DNA of 64,000 nucleotides from a virus (Duplodnaviria; Caudoviricetes): IMG/VR virus record IMGVR_UViG_2546826724_000006, positions 23,029 to 87,028 of that record; one strand, 5' to 3'. Shown piece by piece: positions 18,830 to 28,286 of this stretch (position 1 is its first letter; each line of letters starts with the position of its first letter). The notes under the pieces were generated by a model. It saw only the letters and a program-made list of their open reading frames with translations, ran no database searches and was not told where the DNA came from. The position numbers and the translations under genes were made by a program.

Positions 18830-19050
18830 TCCCGCGCGATCACCGGCCCCTCTGAAGCAGCGGGCGCCGGCCGCGCGGCTAGTGCGGGGGCTTCTCGGCT
18901 TCACCCCGCATGGCGCCAAGCCAGTGAGTGGCGTTCCTCAAGTAACCGCTAGCAGGCGGGGCCGGGCTCATCCGGTTCGGCGACCCGCTCAAGATCGCCC
19001 TCGGCGCAGACCTCCCGCTGTGCCGGGGGCACTTCCTATCGGAGATCCAC

Positions 19051-19740
19051 ATGAGCAGCGGCGCAGGCAATTCGGGGAACGACGCCCCGGTCGGGCAGAT
19101 GACTGTCCGCGATCCCAATTCGGAAGTGAACCGCGACTTTTTCCAGTCTCGCCAGCAATTCGGCGAGCGCCGGTTTCACTTCATGGCGAAGATCGTCAAG
19201 GTCAAGAATAAGAATAGCTTAACTCAACCTTGCACCGTCGATATTCAGCCGATCGTGAAGCAACTGGATGGGAGCGGCAAGGCTACCTCTCACGGGATCA
19301 TCTACAACGTCCCCGTTCCGAGAAACCAGTCCGGCGATAGTGTGATCGTCAATGACCCAAGTGTCGGAGATGTAGGCAATTTCTCGATTTTGGACCGTGA
19401 TCACAAATCAGCCCAAGCCAACGATTGGGCCGAAAGCAATCCTGGCAGCCAGCGCCGCAACAGCATGTCCGATGCGGTGTTCCACGGCACGCTTCCGCGC
19501 AAGGCGCAGGAAGTGAAGCAGTACGTCCGCATGGACGAGAACGGCGTCGATATCCGGCAGCGTGACGGACACACCTTCGCGATGACCAAGGACGGCTTCA
19601 ATCTCAACGGCGTGAAGATCGACAAGGACGGCAACTTCACTGCTCCGGGCAAGGTGGTGGCAGGGCAGGGGACCGCCGATGAAGTCTCCCTGCAAAGCCA
19701 TCTGCACGGCAGCGGGCCGGCGCCGACGCCAGGGAGCTAA
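19051..19740 (+). CDS. Satellite baseplate spike (Gp138-like)
   Basis: Close paralog of 43503-44201 (shared VPVPRNQSGDSVIVNDP); terminal SHLH motif. Confidence 0.9.
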   Translation: MSSGAGNSGNDAPVGQMTVRDPNSEVNRDFFQSRQQFGERRFHFMAKIVKVKNKNSLTQPCTVDIQPIVKQLDGSGKATSHGIIYNVPVPRNQSGDSVIVNDPSVGDVGNFSILDRDHKSAQANDWAESNPGSQRRNSMSDAVFHGTLPRKAQEVKQYVRMDENGVDIRQRDGHTFAMTKDGFNLNGVKIDKDGNFTAPGKVVAGQGTADEVSLQSHLHGSGPAPTPGS

Positions 19741-19743
19741 AGC

Positions 19744-20595
19744 ATGGCCTTCGCCGCGAAGTTCATCAACGTCACCATAGAGCTGCAAAATCCTGGCTCG
19801 CAAGGCGGGGTCAACAAAGCGACCATCAAGAACCATCGTGTCGCCGTTGCCGTCGAACAGAACGGCAGTCCGGACATGGGCAAGGCCACGTGCAGTATCT
19901 ATGGCCTTAGCCTCTCGCTAATGAACCAATTAACGCAGCTTCCATTCATGGCAGAGGCTGTCGGCAACAACAAAATCATGATTGAGGCCGGCGAGGGCAA
20001 CGGCGTCCCGAAAAAGGTCTACTCGGGGACGATCTTCGCGGCGTTCGCCGACATTCGCGCTCCTATTGGCGCCTTGCGGGTGGATGCGCTCGGCGGATAC
20101 TACAATGCCGTCGCTCCGGCGACGCCGACAAGCAAAGAGGGGGACGCGGATGTCGCAACCCTCCTCGGCCAGATCGCCAAGCAAGGGCAACTCACCCTCG
20201 AAAATAACAACGTGTCGTGCGTCGTGAGAGATCCTTATTTGCCAGGCTCTAATCGCCAGCAAATCAAGCATCTCGCCGAGTCGGCCGGCATCAATTGGCT
20301 AATTGAAGACGATAAGCTCGCGATTTGGCCGAAGAACGGTAGCCGGAATGGCGACGCCGTGAAGGTAAGCAAGCTGACCGGTATGGTTGGCTATCCGCGC
20401 TACACGGCTAGCGGGATTGAAGTCGTCGCGACGTGGAACCCGAACCTGCGATATGGCGGAAGTATTCAGGTCGAAAGCGAATTAACCCCGGCCTGCGGTA
20501 CGTGGTACATCGTGAACATTGCGCATGAACTTGAAAGTGAGACGCCGAATGGAAGGTGGTTCACGATCCTTACCTGCACGAGATTGAAGACTTAG
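19744..20595 (+). CDS. Satellite baseplate hub
   Basis: Paralog of 42643-43506 (IYGL.LSLMNQLT, PYLPG, MVGYP, PNGRWF). Confidence 0.9.
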   Translation: MAFAAKFINVTIELQNPGSQGGVNKATIKNHRVAVAVEQNGSPDMGKATCSIYGLSLSLMNQLTQLPFMAEAVGNNKIMIEAGEGNGVPKKVYSGTIFAAFADIRAPIGALRVDALGGYYNAVAPATPTSKEGDADVATLLGQIAKQGQLTLENNNVSCVVRDPYLPGSNRQQIKHLAESAGINWLIEDDKLAIWPKNGSRNGDAVKVSKLTGMVGYPRYTASGIEVVATWNPNLRYGGSIQVESELTPACGTWYIVNIAHELESETPNGRWFTILTCTRLKT

Positions 20596-20604
20596 AGGTA
20601 CAAG

Positions 20605-22844
20605 ATGGCTACGGTTCTGGATACTCTTGTCGTACAACTTGGCCTCGACCCTAAGGCTTTCGTCAAGGGTACACAGCAGACCACGGGTGCGCTCGCCAAG
20701 ACCCGTGAGGGGGCGCTCAAGGAAGGCAAGCAGATCGAGCGCTCGCTGGACAACGCCAGCGAGTCCGTCGAGCGCCTTGCCCGCAACGCCTTGAAACTGG
20801 CAGCGATTTTCACCGGCGGGCGAGCCCTCGGAACATTCATAACCGATATCGGCCGGGCGGACGCCGCTATGGGCCGGATGGCTGACCGCCTGGGCGTAGC
20901 GCCCGAACGGGTCGCGGCCTTCGACAACGCCATCAAGCGGATGGGAGGCTCGGCCGGCGAGGGCGCCGCCGCCTTCCAGCGCATGTCGGATACCGTCAAC
21001 GAATTGCGATCGACAGGAAATTCCTCGGCCCTGCCGGCGCTCGCCAAGCTACAGGCCATGTCCGGCCAGCAAATCCGGTTGAACGGCGAGACGGAGGAGT
21101 CGCTAGGCGACCTCGCCGAAGCCGCCAAGCGGGCCTCTGAGCGCGTCGGCGCCGCGCGGGCCAGCTTTGAGCTTCGGAGCGCCGGCTATAGCGATGCCGC
21201 GATCAATCAGCTTCTCAAGGGCCGTGCCGAGCTACAGAAGGCCCTGGCGCAGTCACAGCGATCCGGCCTCGTGTCGAAGGCCGACGCCGACGCCGCCCGC
21301 GCGCCCTCGGGGCTCAGTATGAGGATCTGTCCGACAAGGTGGCGGACTTCGGCCGGCGGATCAGCACGGCGCTGACGCCGATCCTCACCGACCTGATGAA
21401 GCGGTTCGGCGACTGGATCGACAAGAACAAAGAATGGCTCGCGCAGGACATTGCGACGGAGGTCGGCAAGTTCGCGACCGAGCTGCGCAAGATCCCCTGG
21501 GATGACGTAGCCAAGGGGATCAAGGAGTTCGTCAAGGGCGCGAACGACGGCGCGCAGGCGGTCGGCGGCTGGACCCGTGTCGCGGAGATTTTCTTCGGGC
21601 TCTGGATCGGCAGTAAGGTGGTGGGGGTTCTCGCCAGCATCGCCGCGATCCGGAACGCCCTCGTCATCGGCGACACGTCGTTGCTCGCGGCCATGGCGCG
21701 CGTCGGCATTCCGGTCGCAATCGGCGCCGTCGCGATGGGCCACGGTTTCCAGACGCCAGAACAGGCCGCGAAAGACCCGGATCAGGCTCTGCTTCAGCGC
21801 GAGGGTATCGACCGCCGGGCGCGGGTGCGCGGGTGGCTCGGAGACAGGTACGATGACGTGCGGCGGTTTGGGCGCCGTCTACTCGGCGGCGGTAGCGCGG
21901 AGGCCGGCGAGGACGACCGTCACTCCGATGGCATTCGTCGGCGCGGTCGCCGGGCAGCTCAGAATTATGATGGGAGCGGTGCGACGCCTCCCCGGGGTGA
22001 TGGTAGCGGCAATGCCCGTGCGGCTCGCACTGCTGACATGATGCGGTATGCGATGGATCAGCTAAAGCGCGAGGGTGTGCCGGAAGCGCATCTGCGGCAG
22101 TCGGCGGCGCACCTCGTCGGACAAGCGACGATGGAGTCGGGACTAGACCCGAACAAGACCCATGATCCCGATGCCAGTGGCCGTCCGACCGGCTATGGCA
22201 TCTATGGCGCGCGACTGGTTCGGCGCGACCGGATGCTGCGCTGGCTGGAAAAGAACGGCTACGCGAAGAACTCTGCGGAAGGCCAGATGCGGTACATGTC
22301 GCATGAAGCCATGAACGATAAGACCTACGCAAGAACCCGCAGCATTCTGATGGGGGGCGGATCCGGTAATATCGACGCGGACACCGACACCATCACGAAA
22401 AACTTTGAGAGCCCGAAGTTCGTCAACCGTCGTTCCGGTGCCGTTCGGAATGCCCTGCGGACTGGGGCCTCGCCAGAGCCGCAGCGCGAGAAGGACATTA
22501 AGACGATCCAAGACACGGTTTCCGGCGCCCGCAAGCCTGAAGTTCTGGCGGATCCCAAGGACGAACGCCGCAAGCCGATGGCCTCGCTATTCTACGGCGA
22601 CACCCCGCCTGGCGTGCAGGCGGGTGCGCGATCCGCAGTCGCGCAACAGCAGAGTGCCCTGGCGGATCGAGCTGCCGTCACTCAGAACGACAACCGGAGC
22701 ACAAGCACCTCCACGCAGGAAGCTCACTTCCACGGCGACATGGTGTTTCAGAACGCCGGGGACAGTCGCGAGATCGCCAGCAACCTGCGGGCGCGCTTGA
22801 AGGAGCCGCAGTTCGTCTCGGCGGCAAATACCGGACAGGCGTAG
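20605..22844 (+). pseudogene. Satellite tape measure protein with phage tail lysozyme domain; frameshift near 21300
   Basis: MATVLDTLVVQLGLDP matches helper TMP start; two ORFs join into 745 aa if one GC is removed from CGCGCGC (21298-21304). Confidence 0.85.
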
Positions 22845-22848
22845 GCGA

Positions 22849-23154
22849 CTAGCGGGCTCCGAACGTGTCGGGGAAGCTTTTAAGCACTCTAGCGCAGAGG
22901 GCTTTGCGGCCTTCCTCGGCCTCGCGGGCGTCAAAGACCTTGATCCCCGCAGATAGCCCAGCCTCAAGGCTCGCTTTGGTCATCTGAGTGGCACACTCTC
23001 GGGCTTGCTGAATGTAGGCTTCGGGGTAGTGCTCGAACCCGCACTGGAACTGAGCGCGGCTGAGGAAGCCATGCGTCTTAAGAAATTTCGGGCAGTCGGC
23101 GGCCTGCGCCGAGACGGACGTGGCGATGATCGCGGCGGCGAGGGTGTAGCGCAT
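22849..23154 (-). CDS. Small secreted Cys-containing protein
   Basis: Signal peptide MRYTLAAAIIATSVSAQA, four Cys; convergent with TMP. Confidence 0.75.
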   Translation of the reverse strand: MRYTLAAAIIATSVSAQAADCPKFLKTHGFLSRAQFQCGFEHYPEAYIQQARECATQMTKASLEAGLSAGIKVFDAREAEEGRKALCARVLKSFPDTFGAR

Positions 23155-23391
23155 CCGGGCAACATATACCCCCGGTTGAGACTGTCGAGATGACGCGCAG
23201 CACGAAACCCCCTGCGCCTTGCCGGGCGAGGGGTGTTCGTGTCATGCTGTGGATGGAGCTTCGCAACTCCCGAGATGGACCCTTGCCGGGGTTGGCATCT
23301 CAGTCCGTGAAAGGCGTGCGCTACGGCTTGCCGGCCGAAGTGTCGCCTCTAAAAACCGCGCTCACACCGTGAGCCGCGACCGGCTCACTAT

Positions 23392-23474
23392 GCCGGGAGT
23401 GCCACGGTTATACAAGAGCCTTCGGGTGAAGGCCGTGGCGCACGTTCTCACGGGCGTGTTGCGAAGCTCCTGGC
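23392..23474 (+). ncRNA. P4 CI / P1 c4-like antisense immunity RNA
   Basis: Closing stem GCCGGGAG/CTCCTGGC, two inner hairpins; TTGCGAAG and CTCACGG complementary to flanking CTTCGCAA and CCGTGA sites. Confidence 0.7.
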
Positions 23475-23550
23475 GCCAGCGCCGACCGCTGGCATGGGTG
23501 GACCCCTTCGCAAGGGAAAGCCCCCGGCCTTCGCAAGCCGGTTCTAGACC

Positions 23551-24225
23551 GTGAGCAACGAACTTATGTCATTCCACGACCACCGCACGCCGCGCATCGC
23601 GGCTGTGCTTCCGACTGCCAAGCGGCAGTACGGACCCGTCACGCTCGCCATCCGAGCGATGCGCGCCGCCTACGGCATCAATGCCAAGGCCCCGGCCCGT
23701 CGAGCCGGCCCCGTCACCGAAGCCATCCGCACCATGCGGGCCGCCGTGCCGGACTTCGATGCCAACCCCGACCTCATTGCCCTGCGCCGGGCGCTCGCTA
23801 ATCGGATCGAGACGGACATTGCCGCGCTCGACATGCTGGGCGGGGATCCGGACCTTGAGTCGGATTTTGTCATGGAGGAGTGCGCCGCCAACGGCACGCT
23901 CTACCTGCGCGGCAGATCCTCGGACGACGAGCCGAGCTTGTGCGGCGCAGGTACTCACGAAGGCGGCGTGCTCGGCGGTCTGACGCCATCGCAGGGCGGT
24001 GACGACCGTGAGGACGAGAACGAGCACGGCGGCGACGTTCAGGACGAACCGCACGATCCCGAGGAGGACGGCGACGTTCATGAGATCGGCACGGCGGTCG
24101 CGGGTTTCGACGGGACCAACTATCTGCGCACAAGCCTGAACCGTCGCGTCAGCGTCATTCCGCGCGGCGTCGTGATCGTTGGACCGGACGGCGCGGGTTA
24201 CACCGTGTCGCGGGTGGCGCGATGA
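23551..24225 (+). CDS. Hypothetical protein, acidic C-terminal half
   Basis: ORF after CI-like RNA; DPDLE..DDEPSL..DDREDE motifs. Confidence 0.65.
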   Translation: MSNELMSFHDHRTPRIAAVLPTAKRQYGPVTLAIRAMRAAYGINAKAPARRAGPVTEAIRTMRAAVPDFDANPDLIALRRALANRIETDIAALDMLGGDPDLESDFVMEECAANGTLYLRGRSSDDEPSLCGAGTHEGGVLGGLTPSQGGDDREDENEHGGDVQDEPHDPEEDGDVHEIGTAVAGFDGTNYLRTSLNRRVSVIPRGVVIVGPDGAGYTVSRVAR

Positions 24226-24737
24226 CCGCCTCCACCCGTCGCGCCGCGCTCGGCGCCATCCTCGCGGCTCCGCTGGCATCCGTGCCCGCCGTCGCCGCTC
24301 CCGAACGAGCGGACTATCGCGCTCGGCTACTCGCCGCCTATGCGGACGACAGAGCTTGCCGTCCGATCAACTGCGTCGCTGAGATGGGCTCTTTTGAGGA
24401 TGAGGTTTGCGATCACATCCTTTTGCACTCATGGGCCGTGCAGACGGAGGTAGCGACACTGCCGCCGCCAGCCACTCTCGAGGGATTGGCGCTCGCCGCG
24501 ATAGCGACGGCGCTCGCTTGGGAAGGGGAGGATCCGAAGTCTGAGTCGAAGGACGCCTGCGCCATCGGTTTGATCCGTGCCGTTCTGGCGTTCACTGGCG
24601 CCACCATGCCGGCAGGCTTCATCGGCTTTGCTGATGAGCCGGATCACATGGCGCGCGACAAAGCCGTTCATGATGAACGGCCTGGACGCCTCGCGGCGTG
24701 GGCGGTTGCGAAAGCGCAGGTGCAGTCATGCGCCTGA
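24222..24737 (+). CDS. Hypothetical protein
   Basis: TRRAALGA N-terminus; coupled by ATGA. Confidence 0.6.
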   Translation: MTASTRRAALGAILAAPLASVPAVAAPERADYRARLLAAYADDRACRPINCVAEMGSFEDEVCDHILLHSWAVQTEVATLPPPATLEGLALAAIATALAWEGEDPKSESKDACAIGLIRAVLAFTGATMPAGFIGFADEPDHMARDKAVHDERPGRLAAWAVAKAQVQSCA

Positions 24738-25036
24738 TCTATTCCTTCCTCGCCGTCTGGCAGATCCGGCTTGCCCGGTTCGACATCGCCCGATCCGAAC
24801 GCCTTACCGACGATGCGCAGGAAGCCTTCGCCAAGGCCGGCGAGCGAGCACGTCTCGCAGACCGTCTCATGGTTCGGGCGGGCCTGCCCGTCATCTTCGG
24901 ACGCTGATACCCGGCCCGGCCGCTCGCGCGGTCGGAATTGTCGCCAAGTTGGCGGCATATGCCCCGAGCCCGGCCGGGCCTCACGACAGCCCTCGGCGCA
25001 ATTCCGTGCCGGGGGCATCTTCGTGAGGATGCCACC

Positions 25037-25807
25037 ATGACACAGACCATGCCGGTCCTGGCGGTCCACGACGGACGCCCGATGGCCGATAGCCGCGACG
25101 TAGCAGCTACGTTCGGGAAAGAGCACAAGCACGTGTTGGAAGCCTATCGGAACTGCCATTGCAGCGCCGGCTTCCGGGAGACGAATTTTCGACCGTTCAA
25201 AATCAAGGACTTAACCGGCGAGAGCACCAGCCACGTCCTGATGACGAAGAATGGCTTTGCCTTCCTCGTGCTCGGCTTCACGGGCGCAGCGGCGGCGGTG
25301 TTCAAGGAGGCATACGTTGAGCGCTTCGACGCGATGGAAGCGGAGCTGCGTCGCCAGTCTGGTCCGGTTGTGCCTCAGAGCCTGCCAGAAGCTCTCAGGC
25401 TGGCGGCGGACCTCGCTGAGCAGGTAGCCACGCAAAAGGCCGAGATCGCCGTCCTGGCGCCCCGTAGCGAGGCCCTGGCGGTCATCTCTGACGCGGACGG
25501 CTCGCTGTGCGTGACCGACGCTGCAAAGGCCCTACAGATGCCGCCGGGCGAGCTGTGGGCCTACCTGCTCAGCGCGCAGTGGATCTACCGCCGGGAGAAG
25601 GACGGGCACCCCGTCGCCTACCAGTCCAAGCTGACGGCCGGCTACCTTGAGCACAAGGTGGTCCCGATCCCGACCGCCCCCGGTAAGACCTGGGCTCGGC
25701 AACAGGTCCGCATCACGCCGAAGGGCCTAACCGCCCTCGCGCAGCGGATCCCCCTCGACCGGCCGGGCGGATTGTTCGGCCGCCTCGCCGCGCCCGCCAG
25801 CGCCTAA
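25037..25807 (+). CDS. Rha-family / KilAC antirepressor
   Basis: DSRDVA..FGKEHKHVL, MTKNGFAFLVLGFTG, PQSLPEALRLAADL, TDAAKAL, QVRITPKGL. Confidence 0.9.
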   Translation: MTQTMPVLAVHDGRPMADSRDVAATFGKEHKHVLEAYRNCHCSAGFRETNFRPFKIKDLTGESTSHVLMTKNGFAFLVLGFTGAAAAVFKEAYVERFDAMEAELRRQSGPVVPQSLPEALRLAADLAEQVATQKAEIAVLAPRSEALAVISDADGSLCVTDAAKALQMPPGELWAYLLSAQWIYRREKDGHPVAYQSKLTAGYLEHKVVPIPTAPGKTWARQQVRITPKGLTALAQRIPLDRPGGLFGRLAAPASA

Positions 25808-25857
25808 CCGCAACAGCCCGGCCGTGGCTGGCGGCCGGGCGCACTAGGAGATCAGAC

Positions 25858-26994
25858 ATGGCAAGCGTCCGACTGAGGCGGTGCAAGGGCAAGAAGGGGG
25901 CGATGGTTGAGGTTTGGGTCGTGGAGTGGACCGACGCCAAGCGCAAGCGGCATCGCCATACCCCAAGGCCCAACACCAAGGCCGCCGCCGACAAACTCGC
26001 GCGTAAGCTCGAAAAGGATCCGCACCTTTCGAATAGATTTCTACCGATCACCGTCAAAGACGTTTGCATGAATTGGCTTCGCCATATTGAGCAACGTTAT
26101 GAGGACGGGGACAACATGTCTATGGAAAAACTCCGGCAAAATTGGAGCATCGTTTTCAAAAACATCATTCCATATCTGGGCGATCTTAAGGCGGCCGATC
26201 TGTCGCCAATCCATGTGCAAGAATTTTCCGACATGATGAGAGACAAAAGACGTGGAGCCAAGTCTCCAATCGTAATCAGGAACACAATCAGCGTACTTGG
26301 TCGCGCCCTTACCGAAGCGCAGCGGCTTGAGATTATCCCTCGCAACGTCGTTAAGGACGTGCCGCCACATATGCCGAAGATACCGAAGGCTTCGATCGAA
26401 GTTCCGGACCGATCTGACCTGCGCCAGTTGCTAAACAATGCGGACGGCGCAATCGGCCTTATGGTCCGCATAGCTATCTTCACGGGCTTGAGAGTGGGAG
26501 AAATCCGCGCGCTGATGTGGCCACAAATTGATTTTGAGAAAAACTTGATCCACGTCAAACATTCTGCGACGCCTAGAGGAAAGATCAAAACTCCGAAAAC
26601 AAAGGCTGGAAATCGAACTGTCCCAATACCGCCGATGCTGACCTCTGAACTCCGTAAATGGAAGATTGCCAATATCTCAAATCGAATGGGCTTTCTGTTC
26701 CCCAACTCAAGATGCCCAGCAGAATTGGCGATAAGCCAAACACAGGTTCAGAATTTGTGGCGAAGGCTTAAAGTTAAGAGCGAGGTTAAGCCAATTCATT
26801 TCCATGCCTTGCGGCACGCAGCGGCCAGCTTGTTCATCGAAACAGGTCTCTCTCCGCAGAGACTAAAGGTCCTTATGGGGCACGCAAATATCAACATGAC
26901 TTTCGATACCTACGGCTATCTCTTCCCGGACGACGGTGCGGCACACATTGCTAGTACGCAAGTGGAGACCACTCTACTGAACGGGGTGCTGTGA
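25858..26994 (+). CDS. int: Tyrosine integrase 1
   Basis: TGLRVGEI, KTKAG, HALRH, MGH, TY catalytic set; lower GC than neighbours. Confidence 0.92.
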   Translation: MASVRLRRCKGKKGAMVEVWVVEWTDAKRKRHRHTPRPNTKAAADKLARKLEKDPHLSNRFLPITVKDVCMNWLRHIEQRYEDGDNMSMEKLRQNWSIVFKNIIPYLGDLKAADLSPIHVQEFSDMMRDKRRGAKSPIVIRNTISVLGRALTEAQRLEIIPRNVVKDVPPHMPKIPKASIEVPDRSDLRQLLNNADGAIGLMVRIAIFTGLRVGEIRALMWPQIDFEKNLIHVKHSATPRGKIKTPKTKAGNRTVPIPPMLTSELRKWKIANISNRMGFLFPNSRCPAELAISQTQVQNLWRRLKVKSEVKPIHFHALRHAAASLFIETGLSPQRLKVLMGHANINMTFDTYGYLFPDDGAAHIASTQVETTLLNGVL

Positions 26995-26995
26995 G

Positions 26996-28210
26996 ATGGC
27001 TAGCGTTCGCAAAAGAACCTGGACTGGGCCGGACGGGAAACCCTGTGAGACCTGGACCGTGGAGTTCACCGACTCTGATGGTCGCCGTCGCCGTGAGACA
27101 CCTAAGAGCGGTCTCAAGAAGGATGCCGAGGCAATCCGCAAGCGGATTGAGCGGGAGATGGACGACGGGACGTTCGTGGCCGCCTCGCAAACCGTGACGG
27201 TGGCCGCGCTTTGTGACCGCTATCGCGAGCATGTGGAGGCCAAGCTCCGTGACGGTCGAATTGGTCCCGCTCGTATCATCCAGCTCGACTACCATTTCAA
27301 ATCCATCAAGAAACATCTCGGATCCGTTCTGGCGACCGATTTGACCCCTGACATGATTGACCGGGCCTATGTAGCCCTTGTGAAAGACGACGGATTGGTG
27401 CCGACAACCGCTAAGCATCGGCTCTATACCCTGAAAATGATGCAGGACTTTGCCGTCAAGAAGGGGCTTATGGTGAAGCTCCCGGCCGATGCCGCGCTCA
27501 AGGAATTGCGGGGCATCGAACGGAAGCCCATCCGAACCTTCAGTCGGGACGACGCGGTATTGCTCATAAAGACCGCCTCGGTCCGCCGACCAGGAGGACG
27601 GCCGTACAATGCGGCTCTACTGGAATGCCTTGTCAACCTTGCCGCGTTCTGCGGGCTTCGGTACGGGGAGATTATTGGTCTCACGCGCGCGAACGTGGAT
27701 TTGACGGGGCGCATGATCCATGTGCGTCAGAGCTTCTGTCGCTATACGGTGAAACTGAAGGGACCAAAGACAGCGGCGGGCGTGCGGGATGTCCCGATGC
27801 CTATGCATGTCGTCGCTCTTGTGCGGCGTTGGATTGAAACCTACTCTGTTCCGAACAGCCTCGACCTCGTGTTCACCATTGCTGAAGGGAAGTGGCTGGA
27901 GCAATCCAATTTCCGCAACAACATGTGGCTCCCGTTGCTGAAGCGCGCAGGGCTTGAGCACAGCGATGCGCTGCACTTCCACAGCCTTCGGCACTTCGCG
28001 GCGTCGTGGATGATCGAGTGCGGCATGCCGCTCACCGATGTGGCGCGGATCATGGGGCACAGCAAATTCGACATGACGTTGCAGGTTTACGCGCACCCAG
28101 TGCATTCGCCGGCTCATGCGCGCGAAGCGATTGATCGCATGGCGGATCGGTTCCTAGCGCTGCCGAAGACCATCGAACTGCCGGTAGCGGCGCCACAGAT
28201 TGAAGCCTAG
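26996..28210 (+). CDS. int: Tyrosine integrase 2
   Basis: CGLRYGEI, KTAAG, HSLRH, MGH, VYAH; adjacent to attR. Confidence 0.93.
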   Translation: MASVRKRTWTGPDGKPCETWTVEFTDSDGRRRRETPKSGLKKDAEAIRKRIEREMDDGTFVAASQTVTVAALCDRYREHVEAKLRDGRIGPARIIQLDYHFKSIKKHLGSVLATDLTPDMIDRAYVALVKDDGLVPTTAKHRLYTLKMMQDFAVKKGLMVKLPADAALKELRGIERKPIRTFSRDDAVLLIKTASVRRPGGRPYNAALLECLVNLAAFCGLRYGEIIGLTRANVDLTGRMIHVRQSFCRYTVKLKGPKTAAGVRDVPMPMHVVALVRRWIETYSVPNSLDLVFTIAEGKWLEQSNFRNNMWLPLLKRAGLEHSDALHFHSLRHFAASWMIECGMPLTDVARIMGHSKFDMTLQVYAHPVHSPAHAREAIDRMADRFLALPKTIELPVAAPQIEA

Positions 28211-28286
28211 GCGCGCCATGAGCGCGCCATGGCAAAAAATGCCACGCTAAATCAGAGGGTTAGTGGGTGTAAATTTACCAGACCAT
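28211..28286 (+). repeat. attR: arm repeats, IHF-like site and core
   Basis: GCGCGCCATG x2 (28211, 28222), AATCAGAGGGTTA (28250), TACCAGACCAT (28276-28286). Confidence 0.88.

Larger units (their letters stand above)
9969..28286 (+). mobile_element. 18.3-kb satellite-like integrative element inside the helper capsid gene
   Basis: Flanked by TACCAGACCAT direct repeat; integrases at right end, xis-like at left; removal restores a 363-aa capsid ORF. Confidence 0.93.

Noticed and set aside
18830-19050. GC-rich stems upstream of the satellite spike gene (also 11135-11190)
   Set aside because: Could be regulatory but cannot be distinguished from chance pairing at this GC content
9969-28286. Insert read as a second decayed full prophage or a misassembly
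   Set aside because: Precise in-frame att cores, accessory sites and a coherent selective gene set; paralogs are diverged, not duplicated reads
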